Shown one piece after another: positions 1-12,029 of a stretch of 64,000 nt of DNA (its first letter is position 1; every line of letters starts with the position of its first letter). Origin of the DNA: the human T2T-CHM13v2.0 reference genome, Homo sapiens; assembly GCF_009914755.1 (NCBI RefSeq), contig NC_060925.1; one strand, 5' to 3'. The position numbers and the translations under genes were made by a program. Under the pieces are notes generated by a model. That model had not been told where the DNA came from. It ran no database searches and saw only the letters and a program-made list of their open reading frames with translations.

Positions 1-390
1 ATGAGCTCAGTGGGGTGAAACAATTGTTGCAGAAGGAATTACAAAGTACTGTGCTGGACAAAGAGGGGGAAGCCTCAGAAAATGGGATGCTCAGGACAGA
101 GTTAGTGCACTTAACGATGATGACACAGTCCGAGGGAGTAGGTGCTGAGTTGGGAAATGGAGAGAAAAAAGTCAATGGAGGTGGGAAAATCAAGGGGCTG
201 GTAGACTGGAGTCACCCTGTGTGGGTGTCAAATTCACCAGGACTGACAGCAGACATAGGGATGGAGAGGGTCACTGTGAGCCAAGAGCTCAAGTCATCCT
301 CTTCAGATGAGAAAGAATGACCAGGAAGTCAGAAGATGATCTTAACAAGAGGCTGCATGAGTCACAAGAGAACTGAGAGTTTTGGAGAAA
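1..390 (-). mobile_element. L2 ORF2 (endonuclease region) fragment
   Basis: Minus strand resembles degraded L2 SSWLTV..GDFN.H..TLDLVI coding sequence. Confidence 0.6.
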
Positions 391-395
391 GGAGG

Positions 396-939
396 TGTAT
401 TAGTCCGGGTTCTCTAGAGGAACAGGACTAACAGGATAGATGTATATATGAAGGGGAGTCTATTAAGGAGTATTGACTTGCACGATCTCAAGGTAAAGTC
501 CCACAGTAGGCCATCTGCAAGCTGAGGAGCAAGGAAGCCAGTCCAAGTCCCAAAACCTCAAAAGTAGGGAAGCTGACAGTGCACCCTTCAGTCTGTGGCC
601 AAAGGCCCCAGAGCCCCTGGCAAACTAGCTAAGTCCAAGAGTCCAAAAGCTGAAGAATTTGAGTCTGATGTTTGAGGGCAGGAGGCACCCAGCACGGGAG
701 AAAGATGGAGGCCAGAAGACTCAGGAAGTCTAGTCCTTCCGTGTCCCTCTGCCTGCTTTATTCTAGCCACACTGGCAGTTGATTAGATGGTGCCCACCCA
801 GATTGAGGGTGGGCCTACCTCTCCCAGTCCACTGACTCAAATGTTAATCTCCTTTGGCAACACCCTCACAGACGCACCCAGGAATAAGACTTTGCATCCT
901 TCAATCCAATCAAGTTGACACTCAATATTAACCATCACA
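396..939 (-). mobile_element. MLT2A2-like HERV-L solo LTR
   Basis: Begins TGTGATGGTTAATATTGAGTGTCAACTTGATTGG, ends TAATACA; 5-bp TSD GGAGG at 391-395 and 940-944. Confidence 0.92.
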
Positions 940-1634
940 GGAGGACTAAAACTTAGAAAAATGTTTAAGGTATTAAAATAAAAACAGCCTCCAGTGGAGA
1001 AAACCATAGGCAAAATGGTGTTATTGGAGGTTCCAGTTAGCAAGAAGTTCAGAAGAATGTTTCAGTTACACACTGTAAATGGTGAATCAGGTCCAGATTC
1101 CAAATACAGGACTTTTTCTACTTTATCACATTTGCTATATGGTAAATGTGTATTTTCTTTTTGAGACTTTTGTGAATATTTCTGGAGATAGGTGGAAAAT
1201 CACGGAGGAAGGCCGTGAAATCTCTCTAAGGTATATATGAGATTTCGATCTTAATTGCTTTCTGATAATATACACATTTATGCTCGCTTTTTAGCATTAT
1301 AAATAGAAATAACCTAAAATATGAATAATTAAATTATTTTTGATTAACCTGATTTTAATTAAAAAAGGAGTGTAGACATTCAAACATTTTCACCTTTCCT
1401 TTTTGTCTGTTTCCTCCTGTGACTGCATGTTAACCCTCTGCTTAGACACTGATATGAGAAGCCTTCCTGATACCATCAGCTGCTCCTTGTCGTTTTACTT
1501 CTTATTTTTCTTGAGCCCATATCTTACTCTCTTTGAGAACATCCCAGGTGAATTCTCCCAATTTGATATGATGTTAAGGATTTAAGAGGCCAAAATGTTG
1601 GAAATGTATGTTCACGCACACACACATACGCAAT

Positions 1635-1815
1635 CCAAATGTTGCCACTTTCTAGCTGTGTGACATTGACCTTATTTCCTAACTGCTTAACTGTACTGTA
1701 AAATGAAGGTAATAAAAGTAGCTATACCATACGGCAGTCACGGGAACTAAATAGGAAAACACATACATAGAGGGTAACAGAGCCTAAGGCATAGTGAGTA
1801 CTGAATGAATGTTAA
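1635..1815 (+). mobile_element. MIR
   Basis: ctagctgtgtgac..ctgtaaaatg..taataa core. Confidence 0.7.
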
Positions 1816-2221
1816 TTCTGATGCATGTTACATATGCACTGTGCATGTACATTTACATAGACATGCACACCTAAGGAGAAGAATAGGCTTCCCCTGAATT
1901 TCACATGTAGAAGTGAATGCTCTTCCTATGAACTTCTCTGTCTTCCTTTAAAACACTATTGACAAGCTCCCAATCTGTAGATCTTAAGCATCTAATCATG
2001 ACTGGTTTCCTACCCTCAGAACAATCTATCAGCTCCTTGATTTCCCATTTTCTCTCAAATTTCATTCAAAAGCTCTTTTTTCTTATTTTCCACTAGTCCT
2101 TAGGATTATTGCCCTTTGATTTTTAACCATTTGAATTCAGAAATAAAATGGTGTTAGAAGTCATGTGATCCAAAAGATCAGTGTTTATTTAGCAAACATT
2201 ATTTAAAATTTTTCTTTTAAA

Positions 2222-2346
2222 GAAAGAAAGAAAGAACAAATGGAGGGAGGGAGGAAGGGAGGGAAAAGAAGGAAGGAAAGAAGGAAGGAAGGAAGGAAGG
2301 AAGGAAGGAAGGAAGGAAGGAAGGAAGGAAGGAAGAAAGAAAGAAA
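2222..2346 (+). repeat. GA-rich tract with (GGAA)13 at 2283-2334
   Basis: Direct reading. Confidence 0.95.
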
Positions 2347-2534
2347 GTCGGGTGTGATGATATGCACTAGTAGTCCTAGCTACTTGGAAGGCTGAGGCAG
2401 AAGGCTCCCTTGAGTCCAGGAGTTCAAGGTTACAGGGAGCTGTGATTGCACCATTGCACTTCAGCCTGGGCAAGAGAATAAGACTCTGTCCCTTAAAAAT
2501 AAACAGATAAATTAAAAAACCATTAAAATGCAAA
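2347..2534 (+). mobile_element. Alu right monomer (FRAM/AluJ half)
   Basis: Alu right-arm sequence; TSD aaaat(t/a)ttcttttaaa at 2205-2221 and 2535-2550 encloses the Alu plus the GGAA tract. Confidence 0.85.
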
Positions 2535-2715
2535 AAAATATTCTTTTAAATGAGCAATTTTATGCCTCATCCAATATTTAAAGTTAATTTCTCTGTTGGT
2601 GTTTCCCCTGACAGTCCTTTGTGAAAACAGTCATCTAATTAAGTGTATACCTTTTACTCATGCACCTTGCATTGCAGGTCAGAAAGGAAATGAATAAATT
2701 CTGTGTGGAAACAAA

Positions 2716-2785
2716 ACTTAAGCTGTAAGATCCCCTCAAAGGTAACATGACCATATGAGAGATCTCCTCATATGAATTTGCCAAC
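2716..2785 (-). pseudogene. Calpain relic exon, EF3
   Basis: tttaattttag acceptor; GKFI*GDLSYGHVTFEGIL ~ KVFHKQDRGSGYLNWEQL; flanking introns are unusually short. Confidence 0.45.
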
Positions 2786-2848
2786 CTAAAATTAAACTTC
2801 AAATTTACTGTTCTAACATTTGCTTCTGTGAAAACAGCATAATCTTAC

Positions 2849-2918
2849 CTGGATTCTATCAATAATGCCCAGATACATGCAAATTCCTTAAATGATAGGC
2901 ATCCATGATAACTGACAT
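2849..2918 (-). pseudogene. Calpain relic exon, EF2 (70 nt)
   Basis: ctttgcttttcag acceptor and CAG|GTAAGA donor; VSYHGCLSFKEFACIWALLIES fits the PEF motif G-x-L-x-F-x-EF-x-x-I-W. Confidence 0.8.
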
Positions 2919-3107
2919 CTGAAAAGCAAAGTGAAGAGATCTGTTCAGTACATGACACTTAGCTCAATTTTAAATTGGTCAAAATGAGGTAACTTAAAGT
3001 TTAGTTGTTTCAGAAGAGACAGGGAACTCTTCTCATTCTTACTTCTCCTTAGGGTTATTGTCAAAACTAAGTAGATTGCTTGCCATGGTCAACAAAAGTC
3101 TGCAGCC

Positions 3108-4246
3108 ACCTCACACACCCTATTGAATGAGAGGCTATTGGATGGCTATGATCAAAAAGATAAGAAGTTAACAAATGTTGATGAGGTTGTGGAGGAAAGG
3201 GAAGCCTTGTACTCTCTTGGTGGGAATGCAGGCTGCTACAGCCTTTACAAAAGACAATATGAAGGTTCCTACAGAAATTAAAAACAGAACTACTGTATGA
3301 CCCAGCAATCCCTTTTCTGGATATACACCCAAGGGAGATGAAATCAACACCTCCTAAAGGTATCTGAACTCTCATGCTTATTGCAGCATTATTCACAATA
3401 GCCAAGATATGTAAACAACCTAAGTGCTTTTTAATGAAGGAAAGGATAAAGGAAAGGTGGTATATATACACAATGGAATATTACTCAGCCTTTAAAAAGG
3501 GGGATGCTGACATTTGCCACCACATTTTGGGCACAGAGGACATCATGCTAAGTGATATAAGCTAGACACAGAAAGAAAAAAAGTTGCATGATCTCACATA
3601 TATTTAGAATCTTTTTTAAAAAGGTTAAATATACAGAAATAGAGAATGAAACCGTGGCTACAATGGGGGGAATAGGAAGATGGAGGTCAAAGCATACAAG
3701 GTAGCAGGTATGTAGGATGAACAAGTCTAGAGAACTTATGTACAACATGAGGACTAAAGTTAATACAATTAGATTGTATTAGGGATTTTTTTTTTTTTTT
3801 GAGATGGAGTCTCACTCCGTGCCCAAAGCTGGAGGGCAGTGGTGCCATCTCGGCTCACTGCAACCTCCGCCCCTCAGGTTCAAGCGGTTCTCCTGCCTCA
3901 ACCTCCCGAGTAGCTGGGATTACAGGCACCTGCCACCGTGCCCAGCCAATTTTTTGTATTTTTAGTAGAGACAGGTTTCACCATCTTGGCCAGGCTGGTC
4001 TTCAACTACTGACCCTGTGATTCACCTGCCTCGGTCTCCCAAAGTGCTGGAATTACAGGTGTGAGCCACCACGTCTGGCTGTGTTAGGGATTTTTATGAA
4101 ATAAGTAGATCTTAGCTGCTCTTGCCACAGAAAAAAGGAACTATGTGAGATGAAAATATGTTCATCTTCTTCACTATAGCAATAATTTTACATCTACGTG
4201 TATCCTGTAACATCATGTTGCAAACCCCAAATATGCACAATAAAAT
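3108..4246 (+). mobile_element. L1MA 3' end, interrupted by an Alu
   Basis: ORF2 C-terminus ([18 protein letters not shown]) and L1MA-type 3'UTR ending aataaaat. Confidence 0.85.
3791..4080 (-). mobile_element. AluS (Sg/Sc-like)
   Basis: Full dimer; TSD gt(a/g)ttagggattttt. Confidence 0.95.
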
Positions 4247-4868
4247 CTACTTCTGAAGTCTTCAGATGAAGTATTCCTAGAAACCGAGCTATATGGTAAG
4301 AAGTACACTGAACTAGGGACCCGAGTTTCTGATTCAGATAAAATGAGGGGAGGAAGAGTGAAGGGGAAAGGCTAAAATGTTTGACCTCCCAGACACTTTT
4401 TTCCTCTACATCCAAATCAGGTTATAGGAAATTTGACTATCCAAATTCAAAATCAAAATCAAAATAAATTTGATTATTTCTGTTTTAGCATCTTTCTATT
4501 TGTTATGCTAAAAAACAGACAGCATAATAGTATGTTTTATCTGAAATCAATTAGTATCTGGATTTACTTCCATCAGTACTGTTAACTTTATGACTATGAG
4601 AATGTTACTTAAATTCAGTTTTATTGTCTGTAAAACTAGTAGGGAGAATTCGATATCATTAAAAGTTCTAAAACAACCTTCTTCTTTATGAAACAATTGA
4701 TATAATAAGACCTGTCCTGACAACTTAACTACATTCTAAGGATCAAATGATGTAAGATATATGAAATTACAAACTATAAATCATGAGTCAAACTTAAACT
4801 TCTCTTGCTATTGTTCTAACTGAACCACATAAAGATTGGGTTAATTGTCTAAGATAGTACCACTAACA

Positions 4869-4968
4869 GGTCACACTGCTTGAAAAGCAGAATGCAACTC
4901 ATCACAGAAACTAAACAAAAACAAAAACAAAAACAAAAAAACAAAAAAAACAAAACTTTTTAAGGAAT
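4869..4968 (-). pseudogene. Tentative calpain relic exon, EF1 second helix, interrupted by an (AAAAAC)n tract
   Basis: SFCDELHSAFQAV* ~ ISVKELRTILNRI; GTTAGT donor. Confidence 0.35.
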
Positions 4969-5226
4969 AAACACATGAGCTGGGGTTTGAACGTAAACTG
5001 TCTGTCCCAGGGCCTGGGTGCTTAATCACTATTTCATGCTGCGCTACATTTGCCAACGAGGATAAATTAAAGTCAGCAGTGGAGAAGCTATGGAGTAATT
5101 CCATAATACTAGCACCAATTTAATTTAGAATAATGGGAGCAGAGAGCACCAGAATACATAAGCCACGAGGCACTATTCTACTAGGGGAATACTTCAGAAT
5201 GAGAATAATTTTTGTGAATTGAATAC

Positions 5227-5295
5227 TTTTGAGATGTTGGACAATTCCAAAAAGTTCTCATCCTTCAGATATTGTGGTAATAGTCCTTCTTTTCC
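5227..5295 (-). pseudogene. Calpain relic exon, linker/EF1 (69 nt)
   Basis: ttttttctcttttccag acceptor; GKEGLLPQYLKDENFLELSNISK ~ EQVLSEEEIDENFKALF. Confidence 0.55.
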
Positions 5296-5495
5296 CTGGA
5301 AAAGAGAAAAAATGTACAGATTAGACTACAGTTATTTCCTCAAATATGCCAACCCATCCCTGAGGGGGTAGTATATTTACAGGAGGGAAAACTATGCTAG
5401 GGTCTGTGCCCCAGACAAGGGAAGCCAAGATAACAGCATGGCTCAATAAAGTCCAATTAAAGGAAGTTCCATTTCATCTGACTCCCAAAGCTCAC

Positions 5496-5670
5496 ACCAA
5501 ACTTGCTGAAAAGGCCAATATGATCCTTGTTATCTTTCCACACTGCTAACACATACAGTCTGCGCCTGTGCCAGCGGCATAAGATACTGAAAGCTGACCT
5601 CTCCCTTAGGAGTCAGCCAATTGTCTTTAGCCCAATCCAAACTAAACCTTCTCTGGCCCTAGGCCTTCTT
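5496..5670 (-). pseudogene. Calpain relic exon, second part of C2-like domain
   Basis: tttttattttcag acceptor and GTGAGC donor; GEVSFQYLMP..VSSVER*QGSY(fs)LFSK ~ REVSTRFRLP..PSTFEPNKEGDF..FFSEK. Confidence 0.55.
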
Positions 5671-5739
5671 CTGAAAATAAAAATGTCTAGCAACTTAACT
5701 TTCTCTTAAGCTATTAAATAGACTTTACTAAAGCATTTA

Positions 5740-6030
5740 TTTTTAAAATAATAGGTCTTTTTTATACTGCTAAAGTAAAGCATTGTGATAATTTGGAAAA
5801 TACTAAAAACTATTAAGGAACAGTATAATCTCATTTCCTAGAATCAACCACTATAGTATATATCTTTCATATGTTGGTATGTGTATAATTCCAACTTTAT
5901 ACTATATATATATAATGTCTATACAATTTGTTTCATATGTTTAGGAATCAAAATTGTGACTACATTATTTAATGCAATTTTTTAAAATTTAATATTACAT
6001 TGGGAGTATATTTCTATATGATGAAACATT
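5740..6030 (-). mobile_element. Old L1 (L1ME-like) 3' end; resumes at ~8995-9270
   Basis: AT-rich L1ME antisense motifs; the continuation contains ttcctagaagtagaaatgctgggtcaaagg. Confidence 0.5.
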
Positions 6031-6384
6031 GAAAACGTTAATTTTTAGGAACTTCTTCAGGCTGTAATAGAGTAGTAATAAAATTAATCTTTGGCAGGCA
6101 GTAATTATAGAGGTAAAATATCAGAAATACATCTATAAGAAGGCACTGGAGAACAACCAAAGCAACCAGGCTTTGAGGGGCCAGTATCCCAGAGAAAAGG
6201 GAAATGCATTGCTGTGAGATCAATATTTCTCCTATATTTCCCCTTAAGGTATTTATTAATCTATAAGCACTTCACAGCATACAGGCCAAGCAGGGAGACG
6301 AAAATCTTCAGGGGTTAAGAGAAAAGAAAGGGGCTGGGTGTGGTGGCCTAAAGGAAGCCAGACCAAGGTGCTTTATAGTTATAG

Positions 6385-6655
6385 CAACACTACTGAAACT
6401 GAATAATAAAAGAAAATTTAAAATCAGCCAGAAAAAAACAACATAATTGTACAAGCAACAACAATAATATTGAGACTGGATTCTTTAAAAAATAGAATCA
6501 AGAAGAAATCAAGATATTGCTCCATGCATGGAGTAATATCTTTACAGTACTGACAGAAAGACTGCCTTCTTCAAATTTAGTATTTAGAGAAAATATTCTT
6601 AATAAATTTAGGTGCAATTAAAACATTTTCAGACAAAGAAAAACTAAATAAAAAT
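6385..6655 (+). mobile_element. Old L1M ORF1 C-terminal fragment
   Basis: aaaacattttcagacaaagaaaaactaa motif. Confidence 0.6.
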
Positions 6656-6675
6656 GGGTTGTGAGCCTGTATTTT

Positions 6676-8543
6676 AGCCTTCGATAAAATTCAACATCCC
6701 TTCATGTTAAAAACTCTCAATAAACTAAGTACTGAAGGAATATATCTCAAAATAGTAAGAGCCATATATGACAAACCCAGAGCCAATATCATACTCAGTG
6801 GGCAAAAGCTGGAAGCGTTCCTCTTGAAAACCAGCACAAGACAAGGATGCCGTCTCTCACTATTCCTATTCAACATAGTATTAGAAGTTCTGGCCAGGGC
6901 AATCAGGCAAGAGAAAGAAATAAAGGGTGCTCAAATAGGAAGAGAGGAAGTCGAATTGTCTCTGTTTCCAGATGATATCCTATGTCTAGAAAACCCCAGC
7001 CCAAAAGCTCCTTAAGCTGATAAGCAACTTCAGCAAAGTCTCAGGATACAAAATCAATGTGCAAAAATCACAAGCATTCCTATACACCTACAATAGGCAA
7101 GCAGAGAGCCAAATCATGAATGAACTCCCATTCACAAATGCTACAAAGAGAATAAAATACCTAAGAATACAGCTAACAAGGGATGTGAAGGACCTCTTCA
7201 AGGAAGACTACTAACCACTGCTCAAGAAAAATAAGAGAGAACACGAACAAATGGAAAAGTTTTCCATGCTCGTAGATAGGAAAATGGTCATACTGCCCAA
7301 AGTAATTTACAGATTCAATGCTATTCCCATCAAACTACCATTGACGTTCTTCACAGAATTAGAAAAATCTACTTTAAAATTCATATGGAACCAAAAAAGG
7401 GCCTGTATAGCCAAGACAATCCTAAGCAAAAAGAACAAAGCTGGAGCATCACACTACCCAACTTCAAACACTACAAGGCTACAGCAACCAAAACGGCATG
7501 GTACTGGTACCAAAACAGACACAATGGAGCAGAATAGAGATCTCTCACATCGATAACCATCTGATCTTTGACAAACCTTACAAAAACAGCAATGAGGAAA
7601 GGCATTCCCTATTTAATAAGTGGTGCTGGGAGAACTGGCTAGCCATATGCAGAAAATTGGAACTGGATCCCTTCCTTATACCTTATACAAAAATTAACTC
7701 AAGATGGAATAAAGACTTAAATGTAACACCCAAAACTATAAAAAGAGAGAGAAGAAAATCTAGGCAATACTATTCAGGACATAAGCACAGGCCAATATTT
7801 CATAATTAAAACATCAAAAGGAATTGCAACAAAAGCAAAATTTGACAAATGGGACCTAATTAAACTAAAGAGCTTCTGCACAACAAAAGAAACTATCACC
7901 AGAGTGAAGAGACAACCTACAGAATGGGAGAAAATGTTTGCAATCTACCCATCTGATACAGGTCTAATATCCAGAATCTACAAGGAACTTAAATGTACAA
8001 GAAAAAAAACTCATTCAAAAGTGGACAAAGGACATGAGCAGACACTTCTCAAAAGAAGACATTCATGTGGCCAACAAACATATGAAAAAAAAAAAAGCTC
8101 AACATCACTGATTATTAGAGAAATGCAAATCAAAACCACAATGAGATACCATCTCATGCCGCTCAGAATGGTGATTATTAAAAAGTCAAGAAACAGATGC
8201 TGGAGAGGCTGTGAAGAAATAGGAACGCTTTTACATTGTTGATGGGAATGCAAATTAGTTCAACCATTGTGGAAGATAGTGTGGCAATTCCTGAAGGATC
8301 TAGAACCAGAAATACCATTTGACCCAGCAATCCCATTACTGGGTATATACCCAAAGGAATATAAATCATTCTATTATAAAGACACATGCACACATATGTT
8401 TATGCAGCAGTATTCACAATAACAAAGACATAGAATCAACCCAAATGTCATCAGTGATAAACTGGATAAAGAAAACATAGTACACGCCCGTCATGCAATA
8501 TTATTCAGCCATAAAAAGAAATAAGATCATGTCCTTTGCAGGG
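6676..8543 (+). mobile_element. L1PA (older, ~PA8-13) ORF2 fragment lacking 3'UTR and polyA
   Basis: Frameshifted ORF2 peptides [33 protein letters not shown]. Confidence 0.95.
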
Positions 8544-8564
8544 TGGGAGAATTGTTTGAGGCAG

Positions 8565-8990
8565 CCCAAATTTCATCAACAATAAAATAGATACTTTGTG
8601 ATATACTTGTATAACAGGGTAAATATAGCAATGAAAATAAGCTGTTGTTACATGCTACCGCATGAAAAGAGTTCATGAACATAGTTCATTTGAGCAAAAG
8701 AACACACACCATAGAGCATATACAATTCCATATATATAGTTCCCAAATATGCTAAAACTAGCCTATGATGATGATAGAAGGCAAGATAATGATTATCTTT
8801 GGAGGAGCAATGATCAGGAGGGCTCACAAAAGAAATTCCTGAGATGCTGATAATTGTTCTATTTCTTGATCTGGATGGTGGTTACAGAGTGTGATCACTT
8901 TGTAAAAATTCATAGAACAGCACACTTAGGATTTGAACACTTTTCTGTGTGAATGGTATATTTCTATTTTGAAAGGTTTACTTAAAAACG
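8565..8990 (+). mobile_element. L1MC/ME-type 3' end
   Basis: gttctatttcttgatctggatggtggttac..aaaattcatagaac motif. Confidence 0.75.
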
Positions 8991-9851
8991 TGATTTTTCA
9001 GAACTATGTAGTATTTAACCCTACGGATATTCAGTTCATTTAATTCATTTCTTCTTGTTCACTAAAGATGTTTGTTACATTTTGCTCTTATAAAATATTT
9101 AAATATTTTTAAACTCTCATGTTTTACTTTTCTAAATTAAATCTTTGACTGTTTTCTAAAGGTAAGTTCCTAGAAGTAGAAATGCTGGGTCAAAGGATAT
9201 AAACATTTTTAAGACACTAAAACATGTTGCCAAACTGCTCTCCAGAAAGATCATCTCACTATTACCACACCAAAGGTCAATCTCATTCAAGGCAGATTTG
9301 AATGTTTATAGCCCTTATCCCATTTGACCTTTATGATATTTGATACTGTCAGCCACCTCTTCTTTCATAAAATTCTATTCTGCTTCGTCTTTCTGGGCAT
9401 TGCCCTGCTCAGCCCATCCTCCTCCGTCTTTTCCCTGTGCTCAACTACACGCTTTCTCCAAAGGTTACTTCCTGGCCTTTTTTGCCTCTCTCCTTTAGAA
9501 GAATTTGTCTTTGGTATTTTTTCTTCCTGCTCTGTGTTTATGATTTCCTATTCTCTCTTTCCAGTTTCAACCTCTTTTCTTGTTCTGTATTTTCATTAGC
9601 TGGTTGTCTACTTTCATGCCCTGTGATTATTTCAAAGGTAACTAAGTATTGGGAACAGTGGTTAATGAGTTAATAAATATTTGAAAAGGCAGAAAGAATG
9701 AGTCCTGATATTCAGAAGCAAGGCCTCTAGCTAACACACCCTTCAACGCCTAATGCATCTCTCTTTTCTTCTTTTCACCTGTCCTTTCCACCTTCTTGCT
9801 GCCTTACTAAAATCTCTTCCTTTTCTTTGCTCACACTCTCATCAGTTTTAA

Positions 9852-10235
<384 letters not shown>

Positions 10236-10262
10236 TAAAGTTTTATAATCTGACTTTTCCCA

Positions 10263-10308
10263 TTAGAACCACTCAAATCCAAAATAGGCAAGCTAAATAT
10301 CTTGTTTT
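10263..10308 (-). pseudogene. Tentative calpain relic exon (TIGFAVYE equivalent)
   Basis: cttttctcttag acceptor; [13 protein letters not shown]. Confidence 0.35.
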
Positions 10309-10479
10309 CTAAGAGAAAAGAATTAATTGGCTGCTTTGAATATGATCTTTTTTGAAAAAATATTCATAGATTATTTCATGTCGCTTAAAATGTCACACTA
10401 CTGCTATTGATTGTTGCGTGTTTACTACATTGTGGGCTTGCAGTATATTAACTTTCTTATTCTTTAGAGTATTGCTTTG

Positions 10480-10616
10480 AGGTAGGTTTATAATTTCTCA
10501 GATGAGAAACTGAGGCATGGGCTGGGCATCTTGCCTGGGTCCCATGCCTGGTAAGCTGCGGAAGAGCTGGGATTCAAACCCAGTCTGTGTGACTTCTACA
10601 CCAGAGCTCTTGACCT
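10480..10616 (-). mobile_element. MIR
   Basis: cagatgagaaactgaggc..gggattcaaacccag. Confidence 0.8.
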
Positions 10617-10811
10617 CTCAATTGGGAGCTCAGTACATATTGTTAACTTGAGCAGCGATCATGTCTCTACTTATCACTGTCTGGAGGAAAGAAACAGACA
10701 GTACACCACTCAGAAACAGAGCTTTGTAATGTCTCTCTCCTAGCCCCTTCCTCCTCATAACCTCCTTTGATCATCGTAAGAGGATCAATGAAGTTAATGG
10801 TCCTACTGGGT

Positions 10812-10993
10812 ACTTTGGGCATGGACAGGGTCATTAGAATAGAGTTCCCGCTGTGTGCCTCTGAGAGATCTGCTCAGAGTAGAAGGTGGAGTGTAGCTCG
10901 TGGGTTAGAAACCTTTAAAGCAGACAGATATCCAATAGTGCCCTGCGTATGGTCTCCCTCTCTCAGCCCTCATTATCTTCACCTCTAAAACCA
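10812..10993 (-). pseudogene. Calpain relic exon, first part of C2-like domain
   Basis: Very strong acceptor tctttttctcttttctcag; LEVKIMRAERGRPYAG(fs)..SNPRATLHL..SGNSILMTLSMPK ~ WEVTVHQGSWVRGSTAGG..NPQF..SGCSFVLALMQK. Confidence 0.55.
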
Positions 10994-11396
10994 CTGAGAA
11001 AAGAGAAAAAGAGAAATATGGCCAGGCTCCTTTTTATTCATGAACTGCCTAAGTGTAGATTAGGAAGTGATTGATGGAAATCATGTTTTTAATATGTGAG
11101 CCAGGGTCATCCGATTTGCCATTGGCAATTTAACCACTCCGGGTTCTTGTCCTATGTACTCCCAGCTGGGATTTTAGGGCTGCATTAGCCTAACACTTAG
11201 GAGCACTGCAAGACTTTTATTGAAACTCTTCCTTTCCTTGTGTGTTTTGTAATAAAGAAAACATTATCAGTTTTGTTTGCCTACATTCTACTGGATAGTA
11301 GAGCACTCACACTGATTTACTTTCACCTGACCTGTCCCTTAAAATACAGAATCTCGATTAATATATATAGAATCTGTCATCTTAAATACACACATG

Positions 11397-11398
<2 letters not shown>

Positions 11399-11433
<35 letters not shown>
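11399..11433 (+). repeat. (CA)n microsatellite
   Basis: Direct reading. Confidence 0.95.
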
Positions 11434-11435
<2 letters not shown>

Positions 11436-11861
11436 CATGACATCTCCATTCTTACAGTAGCACTCAAGGAATGTTTGTTGTCAAGTTACAGAGTAGCAGG
11501 CTGCTTAGAGAGAGGCAAGTTCATTTTGTGGCTGAGAACCAGAGTATTAAGGACTGCCAGTCTTAACAACCCAGCTGCGGGAAGGGTGGCAAAGCATTGC
11601 TGCTTCTGCGGAGGATGGTATCGTGTGCTTCTCAGGCACAGCATTTGACATTTACAAAGCTCTTACTGAGTCTTCAAGATCCGGATCAATCATTATTCTG
11701 TGTGAAGTCTTTCATGATCTGCAAGAGGAGTGAATCACACTCTTTCCTTTCCTGGTATATACTTTTGAATTCAAGTGAAAAACTTATCTTAATAGGAGCA
11801 GAATTCCTGAAGGCGTAGGCGTCCACTGGCTCCCAAGCCACAAAGACTGTGGTGGGACTCC

Positions 11862-12025
11862 CTGATGTGAAATCAGGAGGAGAATTTGAGACCCTGAAGA
11901 GGAAGTATAGTAGAGGAAGACTTTGGGGATCCACGTGGATGAAACTGGAGAAGTGAGAAGAGTGGTTAAGCCAATTTTCCCTTGTTCACCAATGGTCACA
12001 GAGGACCAGCTAACATCCAGATAAT
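11862..12025 (-). pseudogene. Calpain relic exon, end of CysPc
   Basis: WSSVTIGEQGKIGLTTL...WIPKVFLY(fs)YFLFRVSNSPPDF ~ WRSVGPAEQKRLCHTAL..FWMAFKDF...ICNLTPD. Confidence 0.65.
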
Positions 12026-12029
12026 GACT

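Larger units (their letters stand above)
2123..2650 (-). pseudogene. Calpain relic terminal exon, EF4-EF5, split by an Alu/GGAA insertion
   Basis: GIHLIR*LFSQRTVRGNTNREINF..IAHLKEYF [insertion with TSD] MFAK(fs)INTDLLDHMTSNTILFL..* ~ GFKLNKKLYELIITRY..VDF..LVRLETMFRFFKTLDTD. Confidence 0.6.
3077..4277 (-). pseudogene. Calpain relic exon split by an L1MA insertion (halves at ~4277-4243 and ~3110-3077)
   Basis: ILHLKTSEVDF + [10 protein letters not shown] ~ [21 protein letters not shown] / sorcin CRLMVSML. Confidence 0.55.
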
